64,000 nt of DNA from Neoechinorhynchus agilis (lineage: Eukaryota; Animalia; Acanthocephala), in NCBI GenBank assembly GCA_051530055.1, contig CM121341.1, positions 11,882,784 through 11,946,783 on the forward strand, read 5' to 3'. This document shows, piece by piece, positions 36,390 to 49,720 of this stretch. Positions within the stretch are counted from its first letter, which is position 1; each line of letters begins with the position of its first letter. The notes below the pieces were generated by a model. That model made no database searches. It had not been told where the DNA came from and saw only the letters and a program-made list of their open reading frames with translations. The position numbers and the translations under genes are program-made.

Positions 36390-39058
36390 GTAAGCCCGTC
36401 AAATAGAATTAGACTCCGCAAGGGATCTAAAATACACGACAGCAGTCCTGTTATGCGGGCAATTCGCGTCTCTTAAAATCAGGTCATTGTATGTACGACA
36501 GTTCCCTTTGCCTTTACGATACAATGTCGTTGGCTTCCAGGAAAGGAACTGTTGCACGACCTGTGGGCAAGATGCCTCGGACCGAATTATATTGCCCGTG
36601 AACTGCAGTCGTCTGTGGCGCAAATATTCACTGGGCGGTTGGACTCCGGCTCTCTTATACAGTGCTTTGTTGGTCACTTTATCTGACCATCTGACCTCGA
36701 ACGCCGCACGTAAGATAGATGAATGATTTTGATGAAACTGCCCCGTCGCCGTTGGTGACAGTGTCCAGGTCTCAGCATTGTAGTAGAGAATGCTCTCAAC
36801 TAGATTCCTGAACAGCTGCGAACGGAGTTCATCTGGCAAAGACTCACTGTCAAACAGTGGTTTAAGTTGTCCCGTTGCTCTCCAAGCTATAGCTCTTCAT
36901 CGGCTGACATCCACACTAACCTCAGGAACGACAGCTCCCAGATAGACATACCGCTCTATCTGTTTTAATTGCCCAACGCCATTCTGCCCTTCGCCAGAGA
37001 CCGTATGCGCGACATGCGGAATCGTCAAGAATTCCGTCTTTTTCGAGTTGATGGTCAGACCAATCATACTCGCCCTCTTGCACAGTCTATTTAGCATGCG
37101 TTGAGATCCATCGACTGTTGAGGACATCAATACGATGTCGTCGGCATATGCCATGTAGGAGGCGAGTATCTACGGATACCGGCGAACTATTTTCCTCAAC
37201 AGAAGAAGTCCATCTTCATCATTCGGTAGTGCCCATCTCATTACCCAATCAAGCACCAAGATGAAGAGGAAATGAGCCAATGTGTCGCCCTGCAGAACAC
37301 CTGAAGTGGTGGAAAAGTATTTTGTCAAACCGTCAGCTGTCAATGCCATAACGGATGTGACAATGATCAGTGGCACTCCATACTCCTTTAAGATACCGCC
37401 AATCATCGTTCGATATACCGAATAGAAAGCTCGACGGAAATCAACAAATACCAGCGTCACACCCGTTTGATGAATTCGTGCCTCCTAGAGGATCCTCCTC
37501 AAAGCCAATATGTGCTCTGTGGCGCCTCGACCTTTCCTGAAGCCGTTCTGTTCAATTCCTAGAAACGGTTCGAGGATTAGATTAATTCGGCGTCTCAAAA
37601 TGCCGCTGAAAAGTTTTGCCGTGTTGGACATCAAGAATATACCTCTGTAGTCCTCCACCTTTGTCGAGCAGCATTTCTTATGGATCATTGTTAAATGCGC
37701 CGTTTGCCAGATTTGAGGTACTGAGCCACCATTCATTATGCCATTCATTATCGGTATGATTTTTCTGGCAATAGATTCAAACCTCAGTACCTCTGCCATT
37801 ATCCCATCTGGGCCTGATGTACGTCCCGCGCGCATCATTTTCGCCGCAGCGATCGCTTCCTTCACGGAAACCGGTCCAGTGAAGTATGTCTCAGTGCTTG
37901 GGACGATTGTGCCTTTTGGAAGTGCCGGGCTCACTTCCAAAGACGATAATGGCGAATTGAGAATTTCCGCAAAATAATTTGCGATTCTCTTTTTTCTGAT
38001 TTCCGGAGAGGGACCTTCAATCAAAGTTGGCTGTCTTTGGGATCTTCTTGTGAGAGTGTTTATCGCTCTCCATGCTAAGGAGGTACGAACAAAACCTTCC
38101 TTATATGCGATCCCGCGAACTGCATCCTCTATCGAAGCCTTTTGCTTTTCATTATAGAGGTTGGCAAGTTCAAGACTTGCAATGCGAGCCTCAGATCGTT
38201 TTCCTCTTTTTCTTAGAGTTTTGATCTGCTCAGCCATTGCCATAAATTCACAGTCTGCCTGCCATATAACCTTTGCAGCTATTATACGCCTCATTTTTGG
38301 GAGGGTTTTCTCGGCCGCTTCGGTCACTGCGTCGCAGATTGACTTGTAATAAAAATCAATATCCGTTTCAGCAGCTGGCATCGAGCTCAGTTGATTCTCT
38401 AGTTCGATATCGAACTCTTTCCTCTTCTCCTCATTAGCGACGGCGCAATAGAACGGGCGTGGAGGATGCTGAGGCGTACTGAACAACGAGTCACTCATGC
38501 TCAACTGACACATCACCAACTTGTGGTCGGTTGGCAGCCCATCAACTGTGAATGTGTCAGCGTTTTTGACCCGACATTTTTCCTTACGTCTCAACAATAT
38601 ATGGTCAAGCTGAGCTAAGCGTCTCTTGGGATTTTTTCCCATGGCATGTTTGGACGGATTCTTTTGACCCATAAACGCCGCCAAACGCCACGCAAGCTTC
38701 CGGAATAAAGTGTTAGCAGACACGAGATCATGCCGCTCCAGCGCCTCAACCAAGTATCGGCTGTTCCGATTCTCGCCTTTCAACACATATAGCGATCTTT
38801 CGGAATGCGGTAAAATCGCGTTGAAGTCACCGGCTATTAGGAGGATGCCTCTGTTCGGTACATCATCTAATGCTTCGGCTAGATTTCCATAAAATCCTTC
38901 AACCGCCTCTTCATCCGACGAGGAGATCGGTGAATATACGCCAAAAGCATAGAGATTTCTCGATCGAAGCTTTATGTTGACACGAAGAATTCGGTCAGTT
39001 ATAATACTGCATAGTGCTGAGTTTCGGAGGCGGGGTGATAAACAAACGCCTACACCTC
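36390..39058 (-). mobile_element. RTE-clade LINE, 5'-truncated and frameshifted (APE plus RT)
   Basis: GVYSP, IAGDFNA, LDHIL, TDH; GPDGI, YRGIFL, EQNGFRKGRG, GVLQGDTLA, AYADD, YLGA, ILYYNAETW. Confidence 0.92.
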
Positions 39059-39059
39059 A

Positions 39060-40045
39060 ATGTTTTTTAGGCAAGCCTTACTTTCGAGTAGATGAATCTT
39101 GCCGGGTCTAATAAAGATATTACATAATAATAAAACCTCATCCTTATAGTTAAAAGAAAAAAATCGCACAGGATATGATCGGGGAAGCGTATTCGGAGAT
39201 CCTTTAAAGTAAGAAATCTGGGCGAAAAATGGATAAAAGGCCCTGAGAGTTGGCAGAGAATGGAGGTGTTATAAAAAATACGGTCATTAAGAAGGTGAAA
39301 CATACTATTTGGAAGATCTGAAATCGAGTAGATCGATTTTGTTTCTTGTAACAGGAGTATGTCGCATTCTTTAAATTCGGCCTTTAGCTGTGATAGGCCT
39401 AGTGACCCCCCTGCATTCCACTGCACTAACCTGAGGCTCATCGCGCCCTGCCCTTACGTTTGGAGTATAGCTTATGAGGCTTCGCAATCATTTTGTGATT
39501 CCCGTTCTCAATAATCATTTTTTGTTCCTCGATGATTTGCCTCACAAAATTCTCGTTATCGAGGACAGAGATATCTTTGTCTACTGAAGTTGTTTTGTCT
39601 GGAAGGAGATGAAAACTTCCTCTTTTAGCAGGAACATCCAACTGCATTGACGAAGTTTTAAGAAGACCGGAGAGGCTGTTGTTAATAGAGTTGACAAGTG
39701 CTTCAAAATGTGCTGCAAGTCTCTTTTCCAGCCCTTGGATTGCGTAGTTTATCCTTCTTTCCACCAGACTCATTATGTTCTCTGAAAACTCTTCGAACTT
39801 CGTGTCCAATGAACAGGAAGAGGCAATGTGATTGCTCGTTTGAGAAGATAGCGTGACTGTAGGTCTCAGACTGAATGAATGTGGAGCTGCGCTGGTCTGT
39901 TGAACAGTATGCATTCTGGGTGCTATCGCCTTGTTCGAATCCCTAGAGGCCCAGTTAATAGTCTTTAAATGTAAGGCATGTTTTAGCAAAGGCACGATAC
40001 CCTCCGCCACAACGTTCGGTTGCAAAAACATGTCAGACTCGCGCA
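39060..40045 (-). mobile_element. LINE ORF1 plus start of APE ORF2 (5' part of the middle element)
   Basis: Coiled-coil ORF1 ending in basic residues, overlapping ORF2 start MSLRLVQWNAGG...CDILLLQET. Confidence 0.75.
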
Positions 40046-40440
40046 TTACACTTTCCTTTCTCGTTTCTTTCAATCAATCCAAATCACAAATCCGTTGCCT
40101 TGAAATGTTTCATAGAAGAGCCTTTAAAATGTGCACAGTTGATTTTCCCCCTCTGACTCAATGCCTTTATAAGATTTTCATCAAACAAACAAAACGCCTC
40201 TAAACCCTACCACCACAATGTTTACCCCCTTTTATTCCCCTTTTTACATGAGCACAGCACTCGCAATCCCAATTTGTCTTATCCTTTCTATACCTCCGCT
40301 CCTTTTTCCATACTGCCCAATATTCTCAAGTATCATTATCCGAAATGAATCAGAGAAAAGACCCAATCCAGAATACTCTCCTACGTTATCAGACTTTCTA
40401 ATTCTATCTTAGTTCCTGTTTTATACTTAGACGCATTTCA
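40045..40440 (+). mobile_element. L2-like C-terminal fragment (resumption of the outer element)
   Basis: QIRCLEMFHRRAFKMC resembles HSLETFHKRAARIC of the L2 copies. Confidence 0.6.
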
Positions 40441-40449
40441 ATACTCGAA

Positions 40450-40649
40450 ATTGAATGGTGGTGAACGCAATCCCGGTTAAAGATTCGTTTATTATTATGA
40501 AATATTTCACGAGGAAACCTCGCCTCATCAGTCATTGTTTTAGGTTTTTTATTCGCACTTCACTTAAACAATGACCGATGAGGCGAGGTTTCCTCGAGAA
40601 ATATTTCATAAAAAAAGACTCTTTAACCGGACTTTCACCACCATTCAAT
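40450..40649. mobile_element. Fold-back MITE-like element
   Basis: Long inverted arms, ATTGAATGGTGGTGAA...TTCACCACCATTCAAT, with internal GAAATATTT / GAGGAAACCTCGCCTCATC pairing. Confidence 0.85.
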
Positions 40650-40723
40650 ACTTACCATCCCGTAGGATATTCTTGATATCATATCGAGAAAATCCATCGG
40701 GATAGTAAATTTTGACCTGTGGT

Positions 40724-40876
40724 GAAGATAATCCCGGTTAAAAATCATTTTATTGTACCGAAATATTTAGCGAGGAAACCTCGCCTTATCAATTATTGTT
40801 AAAGTGTTAAATCCGTCGAGGTTTCCTCGCGAAATATTTCAGTACAATAAAATGATTTTTAACCGGGATTCTCTTC
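40724..40876. mobile_element. Fold-back MITE-like element, same family
   Basis: AATCCCGGTTAAAAATCATTTTATTGTAC...GTACAATAAAATGATTTTTAACCGGGATT. Confidence 0.85.
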
Positions 40877-41099
40877 TTGTAATGATTAATACTCCAAATG
40901 CTCAACGGACGATAAAATAGATATTTTAACCTCTATTTTAATTCCATTGAAATCTAAGCGGCTGAATTAGTAATCGAAATTCACTAAAAACTGCCATTTT
41001 CTAGTATTGTTGATTTAGATAAATTAGGTTTTGTTGTTTGTTTACAACGACAACAAAAAGTATTTACAAACGTTCACGCCACCGCCTTGAAGCATTCAG

Positions 41100-41170
41100 C
41101 CGCGTCCTGGTATAATGGTCAAAATGAGGGATACAGCGTTCCCTTCCTGTTGCACAACCATTATCATAGT
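41100..41170 (-). mobile_element. Tiny CRE-like RLE 3' remnant
   Basis: VVQQEGNAVSL; shares GGATACAGCGTTCCCTT with 34195-34211. Confidence 0.45.
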
Positions 41171-41597
41171 TTAAAGATCAACACGACTTTAAAAGAACCC
41201 GTGTCTATTGTAGTAAAGAACGAAATAATGGTGTACATAAATACAAACTTAATTATGAACACAATCTTCAATCAACTTCACAAATCAAATACTAAGTAGA
41301 AATCACAATCCAAATGAAACGACAAACGCAACACGATAATTGAAGAATACACTGGTGCATACTATTTTCTAAACAGACTATTTTCCAATATCTAACGTGA
41401 TATACTCGAATCGATAATCTTGTTGATAAGTATTGTATTTCACCTACATGATTTGTTTACCAAATATAGCTCCAATATGAGATGATCACATGCACTGTAT
41501 CAAACCGAACCGCCGATCGAACCCTCTGTCCGTAATTCGTTACCATGGTATCCATTGATTATAATAACGTTCTCCCTTTAGAACTGTCATTTTCGCA

Positions 41598-42705
41598 ATG
41601 CCCAAAAAGTCAAAGATCAGCAAAGAGAAATTATTTGGTTTGTTTTTTTTCAATTTTTTCCAAAGAAAATTTATATATATTTTATTACAGAAATGCGACT
41701 GTTCGAGAAAATCATGGGAATGGTTTTGTGTAAAGAAGATCTTGATTCAAACGGATATCCTAGAATCGCAGATGATTCCGAGGATAATCTAGAAGTTGTG
41801 AACAAAGTTAATGTTCCATGGGGTTTCCGAGGCGATATTGTTGAAGGAGACCGACAATGTGCACGGTGTAAGAAGGTCTATAGCGTTTCTGCGAACAACA
41901 AGGAATGTAGTTTTCATACTGGAAGGATGGAGAAAATATGCCAAACCACCTCAAGACGTGGCGTTGGTACCGATTATTACTTGGTACATTCGTGTTGCCA
42001 CACGGGGAGGTATGCAGAAGGTTGCAAGAAGTCCAATCTTCATGTACCTGCTTACAATCCATTTCCTGGAGAATTTGTCAGAAGCCAAAAACCAGGAAAA
42101 AATGTACCTGGACATTTTCCAGGGATATTTGCATTGGACTGCGAAATGGCACGTTTCCTTAAAAACCTAAAAATATAACTTATCTTTTCTCTACCTAGTG
42201 TTATACCCGCACAGGCCTCGATGTCACTCGGCTGACTCTTGTGGATCATAAACTGCGAACCAGATTGGACATTATTATCAGACCATCTTCGCCAATTATC
42301 GACTACAATACTGAATTCTCCGGGATCACCCCAGAACTAATGGAAAGTGCCATTCACAATACAGATGAGGCACGGCGATTGCTGTTGAAACACGTAAATC
42401 GCGATACTATCCTTATTGGTCATGCACTCGAGAACGACCTTCGTGCTCTTAGAGTAAGTAAAGAATTCTGTTTTATCATTCTAAAAGATTCTAACTTCCT
42501 TCAGCTTTGTCATGAACGCGTTGTCGATACAGCCATATATTTCAAAGACAAACCACATTCCAAATTCAAGCCGAAATTAAAGAAATTGGCCAGAAATTTC
42601 CTTCTGCTTGATATACAGAAAGGTGTTAACGGCCACGACAGTGTAGAAGATGCTCTTACCTGCATGAAATTGGTTTTGAAAGAAGCTAATGTTCAGTATC
42701 CTTAG
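41598..42705 (+). CDS. REXO1: REXO1/REX3-like DEDDh RNA exonuclease. Exons 41598-41637, 41691-42148, 42199-42453, 42505-42705
   Basis: CARCKKVY...CSFHTG...CCH zinc region, FALDCEMCYT, DYNTEFSGIT, LIGHALENDLRALR, GHDSVEDALTC; intron 2 is GC-AG. Confidence 0.85.
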
Positions 42706-43417
42706 AGACTAGTAGTGATTTAGCAGTAGTTCCTTCAATTAAATACGTACTCATTGAACGTCGCTAGAATTGTGTAGTAAGTGTCAAGATTATAGTGAAA
42801 TGCTTGCCTATCACTCCTTTTGCATCCTCACCGAATTAATTTCTCACGCAACATAAGCAATTATTGTCAGCTTCTCAAAACATCTTATCGGCGTCGCTTA
42901 AAATTTTAATAATCCTCGAAGACATTCGATATTTTTACAATACAGCAGAATCAAAAACGCTGCTGTAGAGGATTATTTCATTTTGTCTCCCTTTATTCGG
43001 ATTTCCAACAATAAGAATGCGTGAAATTACAATTTTGTAGGAAAAATTACAAAATTTAACGAAAATAAAAAACATTAATTATTTGTTGCTTTCAAAGAAC
43101 TCGTCTTATTTTTATGAAACCTTTAACGGGGTCGTTGCCCTAAAATTAAATTCAGATAATGCACTTCACTCTCCTATCTAAAACTGCTCAGATTTTTGCT
43201 CTTGCTATATACAATATAGCGGCCGATTCGTGGTAGATTATTTAGCTCTTCATGATATTGTATCTTCATTACAAGCTCGGTACACTTTGCGGCAAATTGA
43301 AAAGCCTTTTACTTTTTTGAAAACAAAATTATGCTCAATCGATTTTTATCCATCCGCATTATCCATGACATCTATTTTAAAGTTAAAGTTCATTTAAACC
43401 ATTTTATTAAAAGTAAA

Positions 43418-44373
43418 CTAACCATAACTTGTGCTATGCCATGCTCTTTCAAACTCAGTTGCACTGGCCTTTCGCTTTTTGTATAAAGTGTAGCCACCAA
43501 AAACCAATCCACCAAAAAGAGCAATTACGAAAATACTCAAGAAAAACGCTCCGACGGTTGACACTAAAGGACGATTACATAAATGGATGTCAATATTCTA
43601 ACCAGCTACCGTACTTCCACATTTCTCATCATCCGAAGCCGGACAATGCCGTCTTTTGTCGCATCTTAACGACGGATCTATGCACGCTTTTTGACAATAA
43701 TCGTTTGCATAATAAGCTTTACATTGATTTGTCATACAGGAGAGTTTACATTCTAAAAGAAGATTTATCTATAAATTCGTTTACTCAACTATATAGCTTA
43801 CGACTGGCGTCTGTGGATGAACATCGGAATGCAGTGAGTCGAAGTTCGAGCTTTCCATCATTGCTCGTAGTATGCTTATCGTAAGTAATTTTAGCGGGAC
43901 TCTGGAGCAAGAAGCACTCGCTTGTGCTTGTTTTTGAATCCAAAGGAAACTTTAGATTTAATTGTAAAAGCAATTTAAGCATGAAATATACTAACTGGAG
44001 TTTCACCAAACGTTGGTTTCAATTTAATTGTTTCAGAGGACGATAGCTTTCGCCCTAGGAAGAATATGAATCTTGTATCAGTCGAAGATTGTGACACGAT
44101 CTCGAAATTGCATTGTCCAAAGAAATCTCTATGATTTTTTCTTTGAGCTCGTTTTCAAACCAAAAGCGCGTACTTTTGAGCGAATATCATGCCCGCATGT
44201 AAAAGTATTGTTGAATTATCGATAGTACATGGTGAGTTTGCTGCTAAATGTTGAATTCGTACTATACGAATCACAAATAATAGTCGAATCGAAAAGTCTA
44301 ATAGCTCACTTTCTGTGTATTGCAAGCTCCATGCGGATCCAACAAGCGCAAAAAGCAAAATAAATGCTTTCAT
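43418..44373 (-). CDS. Type I membrane protein: signal peptide, extracellular region, LDL-receptor class A-like module, TM helix and short tail (about 6 exons)
   Basis: MKAFILLFALVGSAWS; CIDPSLRCDKRRHCPASDDEKC; TM VGAFFLSIFVIALFGGLVFGGYTLY followed by KKRK; short GT-AG introns. Confidence 0.7.
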
Positions 44374-45129
44374 TTTAAAGTCTTTTCCCCAAACAATGAA
44401 CATCATCTCGGTTGTGAATCGAGATAAAAGAATAGCATGACTCACATTGTCTTACTAAGATCCTCGTACAAAGAATAGTAAAGGTTGTGATCTATGTAAG
44501 CGTTGCATAATATTTGCTAGATTGGAAAATAATCGATGCCTTTGTCCTAACGAAAATGATCACACGCATCAGTTCCTGGATAGGCAAACTGGCGCCAAAA
44601 ATCGATGCTGACTTGGCTGTTCTGACAATAATGAGGGTCCATTAAATTAATAAACCGCATTTTCACCTTAGGGAATGAGTATGTGGTCAACTATTAGGTT
44701 TTGGATTTGTTATTAACAAAAACCAATTGATGTCTTGGTTTATTATCTTCGGGGGAAATATACTTTCTTTTAGTAGTTTCGCCACCCCGGATTTGAGTTC
44801 ACTGATTTATTTCCGATATTTAACGTAGGGTAATTCCGACGTTTCCCAAGGTTTGTCATTGTTTTTTGCTGTAGAAACTCAACGGTGGCAAAACTATCAA
44901 AAGAAAGAAAAATTAATTGAATTAACAAAGAATCTTCGAAAAAGTAACGAAGAAAAGAGCAGGATTTAGATACGTCGATGCAGTCAGTAGCTGCCTGATC
45001 GTTTCAAAAAGGATATAAACTCCAATATTTAATGGCTAATTAAGAGGCAAAATGCGCCAAGCGGAAATGCACAAAAGATTTCCACTTCCTCATAAGCACT
45101 CGCGTAGTATTGAGTTTCTTTATTGGTGC

Positions 45130-46284
45130 CTAGAGATTCATATTCCTGGTGGAGGCGTGCAAGCGTCCTATTAAAGGTTTATCTTTTAAGAATATACATT
45201 CAGATTGTACCAAATCACAATGAACCCATTGTCCACTTTCATTTTTGACAAAAAACCAAAATTGCGTATTGATTCGCTTAATGCTTTGAATTCCTGCGAG
45301 ATTCAGTCCCTAAATTTAAGAGAAATGACTAAATTTATTGCTTAATACGAGTTATGCAGCTGGTTTAAGTTCAGTCTCGAAATTTTCTTTGACATTCGCT
45401 AGAACCGTATCGGTTGACCTAGAGGTCTCAGATTTCACCGTCGATGATTCGAGAATCTTCGTTTGCTGTGAGGGAGCTTCGCTTGATTCGATTAGTTTCG
45501 TTGACGCAGTTATATTTATCTTTTCAGGTCTCGTTTCTAGATTACTTTCATTGATTACAGAAGCCGGTTTCTGGGTTGTATCAAGCAAAAAACTTAGCAC
45601 ATCCTGTTCTTCTTTAGATAAAACTTCTGTCAGCGATATCGAATGGATTTCCGACTTTCTATCAATTTCCAGCCTACCTTCAGTCACATCACTTTTGTTT
45701 GAATGGCTCTCGGATTTGTTACTAACAGCATCATTAGGTTCGGATGCTTCATGGTGAGCCAAAATGGAATCTTCAGTTGTGTGATTGGTTTCGCTGTCAA
45801 CTGTATGACTATCATCGATCTCCTGTTCAAACCTGATCCACATAATCGGACGGTGACATTTGGGGCATATTCTATTTAGATAAGCGGGCTCTTTAGCCAT
45901 GCTCGATTCATTATCGTAGTTATCAGTTGAATCAGTACCGATCACCACGATTCGAGAGCAGGGAAGGAATCGGAATAATGAAGCAAACGGGTTGAAGTGG
46001 AATTTCTGAAGAGATTCATAGAATTGACGGAGCATAAGAGGAAGCACTGTTTGACCTAGATCCAGGGTTTTGTTCTCTAACAACGGGTGATTCCTATTTG
46101 AATCTAACTGAACAGATTCTGTAACTTGCTCGTCCACCTTGCCATGAGAGCTGCTTGCAATCGCCGTAGTTGCCGCCTTCGTAGTCAAATCGTTCGATAT
46201 GGAAAGCGCAGTGACTAACTGTGGTGTAGTAGAGGAGAGCAGAAGAGAAAGAGTTAGAAGTTGCATAGCTGCGATGTGCTTCAT
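45130..46284 (-). CDS. Secreted-type Ser/Thr/Glu-rich uncharacterised protein
   Basis: 310-aa ORF with hydrophobic signal-like N-terminus; a 48-nt GC-AG intron (45310-45357) extends it by 59 aa to TAG at 45130. Confidence 0.55.
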
Positions 46285-47040
46285 GTTTCTCCAATATTTA
46301 TCCCTCTTCGAATAGATATGGAAACCTTGTTTTTTTTGTCTGTCTATTGTCTTTACCTGGTTGCCTATGCGGAAAGTGAAGATATGAAGCTGTCAGTTGA
46401 CATTATGATTAGCTGTTATCTTGAAAATATACAGTAGCTGGAGTCAGAAGTCGGTCTGAGAGCACGAAGTACGGTTGGTTGACTGATAAGTTGGCAAGCT
46501 TTTACGTGATGTAAGGACGAACTCTATCCAGAAATCGGTTTTTTAGTTCGACGAAAAGACAGATGGGTCATCAATACTGTAATGTATTGATTCGCTTTAT
46601 GACAGATAGCTTATTTTGATTGTCTCAAATAGTAACAATAAACCTGTCTGACTCCTTAGGCATTTTTAAGTGACATAGATTTTGACGGATTTATTAAATC
46701 GGAGACAATAATTACGATTTACGAATACAGCTTTATGCTAAAGAGATTTCGAATGATTATAATATGGAGACTGCCGATTAATTGATCGTGCCAATATATC
46801 TCGAATGTAACCAATTTAAAATCGGTGAATGTTAAATTTTGAGGGTGATGTACCTCGGTAAAAAAGAATTAAAAACCCAATTACCTCGTTTCCGATTTTA
46901 TTGTTGACAATTAGTTCAAAGCTTATAGACGGAGATTAGAATGATCGATTTGAAATTTGTTACATGTCAGCGAAGAACACTGATGGTACAAGTTAAGCCA
47001 TTTAGATTTTTGAATTATTAGTAACGTATGCAATTGTATA

Positions 47041-47274
47041 CTTTTGGTGAACATACACCCGGTCATAACCTATTTGATTTTGATTTATTTGAGATATTTC
47101 CCGAATGCTAAAATCACGAGCGGATAATTGGTCCCCGAACTTCGGGTTTGGCGATCCCGCGCACTCGAGCTTTAAACCTTAATGTATAAAATTCATTTTT
47201 AGGTGACTGATGAGACGAGTTTACCTCGCGAAATATCTCAAATAGGCTATGACCGGTTGTATGTTCACTAAAAG
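47041..47274. mobile_element. Fold-back MITE-like element related to the 40.4-40.9 kb pair
   Basis: GGTGAACATACA.CCGGTCATA...TATGACCGGTTGTATGTTCACT; shared GTGAA, CCGGT, GAAATAT and CCTCGCG motifs. Confidence 0.8.
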
Positions 47275-49399
47275 TTTACATTGATTAACCCGAAGGATTT
47301 TCTGTCGATGAGTATGCAATTGTTTTTTGTTGATATTTATAGTAGCCGCGATAAGAGCCTGGGATATGAATGATGGTTGAACGTACGTTCGACAGACATC
47401 AGTTCATTTTATCCGAACAAACCTCAGCGCGACTGTCTCACAGTGTAATTTTAAGGATAATTTACAAAACACTTACAATTCAAGTGGCCGAGTCGATCAA
47501 CTTTGTACGATTTATATACATTTAAGTGGTGATGATGATCGTTTGATTATACATTGTGTTTGCCAAATACAATCACGTGCTATGAATCGTTGATAGCATA
47601 AGTTCAAAAAAGGACCTGGATACAAGTCAGAATTGAACTTTAAGGAAGTTTTAAAATTAGGTATCGCTATATCACGAAAAACGCATTTTAGCCAAGGCTT
47701 TACGACCTTTTCATTAATATTTTATTAGATCTAGACAGTTGTGCCAACGAAAATTACATAACTCTTACGTTTAAAACAAATAAAGTTCTTCGGAAATGTC
47801 TGGTGGTATTTGTGTTACTGTGATGACTTTTGGAGACAAATTATTTTTTTTGCTTAATACTATTTACACAAAAGGTGATGGAAAAGCCTTGTAAAAAGTT
47901 ATTAATCTTATTTTACACACTAACTTCAATTTTTTAGATGTATGATTGCATTAATAGTGAATGCGCAATAACGTCTTAGATTATTATCTTCGAGGAAAAG
48001 ATACTTTGCCATTGTTTAAGTGCATTATTCACTTAAACAATAACAAACCTTGATAATGCCAGAATTATCCGACGAAATATCGGAAACAAATTAATGAGTT
48101 TAAATTTGGGGTTGCAAAACTACCAAACGAAAGGAAACGTAATGAAGTCTAATTAGCATACGAATTCTTCGTAAATGATTTTCATATTTTTCATCAATTG
48201 CGATTATCGCTATGTGGATGCAATATTTAATGATTCTTTAGATTGATGTACCTATCTGACGGACGGTCTTAAATATTGATAAAATATGTTTGCGATGATT
48301 AGCGCGAAATTGGAAATTGAACCATTGCATTAATTTTTTCGCGTTGAAAATGCAAATAAATAAAGCTTCTTCGATGGTCATCTCTCATTACTCAAAAAAC
48401 ACGCTGGTTAATATTATCGAATAATAAAATCATAAACAATAACAGCAACTGATGTTGGTTATCATCACTTTTATTCTGTCAGTTTAATTTTCTTTATATA
48501 TATTAAAACACCGTATTCTTTAGAATGTACCGAGCTAATTCTGGTCTTTTCAAAAGCATTGATTCGTCAAATTCAGTACATACGGTTTTGTGATTAGATT
48601 TTGTCCAATTTCGCTATATTGTAAAATCAAAATCACACTTTCATATGGGTGCAATTAAAAGGGGGTTGATTCGTCAAGGTAGAATAGTATAGAACATCTT
48701 ATTTTTGTTTGCTAAAACTTCCACTGGAAAAAATAAAACTTGGGCGTTTTCGAATGAGCAAAAAAGGCTTTTCGTATCTGCGGGGTCGAATGGCCAGCAA
48801 AAATCAGTCATGAAAAGCCACCTATTATTTCCTTTCAGTTTATACAAAATGCTGCGGACCTCCTTTCTTAGCCGTCGATCAGAATGAGCGAAATGTAAAT
48901 ACTACCTAAAAGCAGAGAATTGTATTCTCTTTAAAATCATTTTACATTTTTAAATTTGAACCCAAAGCAGAAGCGACGTGCAACATATTTGAAACGTTTA
49001 GTCGGATGCTCAAATCGAAGTGATATAGTTCACCTTAAATTGCTTATGCCAATAATTCGAATGTCAATGCACTGAAACAAGAATCGAACTCTCCGTTGAT
49101 ACTCGTCATATTTCTATAAAGAGATGGATGTTAAAACGAACAAAAATGGTGTTCAAGCAATGAGTTTTTTCTGTGACTGGTGTCCAATCGCTTGAAAATC
49201 GCAATCAATCAGCTTCCAAGACATGGCTTTTTGTCATTAATTAATTGATCATGGCTGACATGCGCTGCTCAAAAAATTGAACTACTCGAAAAAATTTAAC
49301 TTGGATTCTTATCATTAAGCACACCAGATTTTAAGTTCTATTACAGCGAAGAGAAAACTTTCGAAGGTTATAAAAACGCAACGTGAACCAATTAGATTT

Positions 49400-49720
49400 T
49401 GACATTAAACATTCCATCCTTGACCTAATCTTTACCTCAACTTCGAATTTATATTGATTTTATGAACTTTTTTGCCTTATTTGATCAGGTTTTTGCGGAT
49501 GCCCCTCAATGTCGCAGAAGCGTTTTATATTTACGTTTTGATTTCCATGTGTTAAATTTCACTATAAGTTTAGTAGTTTGTCGATCCTTGTTTGTTTTTT
49601 TGGCGTCTTGGTTTCTCATAGCTGTATGGTTCAGGGTATTAAGTGATTTTATGCGCTTCCCTGAACCAGATCGGTGGGCTGTGCGTTCAAGGAAAATTAT
49701 CAGCCGTGAAAAAGGTCAAA
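49400..49720 (-). pseudogene. Possible decayed LINE ORF1 remnant
   Basis: DRQTTKLIVKFNTWKSKRKY resembles the RPIIVKF motif; contains stops. Confidence 0.3.

Noticed and set aside
40648-40660. ATACTTACC as a U1 snRNA 5' end
   Set aside because: The match ends after 9 nt, with no U1 stem-loops or Sm site downstream.
45338-45757. Plus-strand 139-aa ORF and other antisense ORFs over genes and LINEs
   Set aside because: They are antisense shadows of real coding sequence on the opposite strand.
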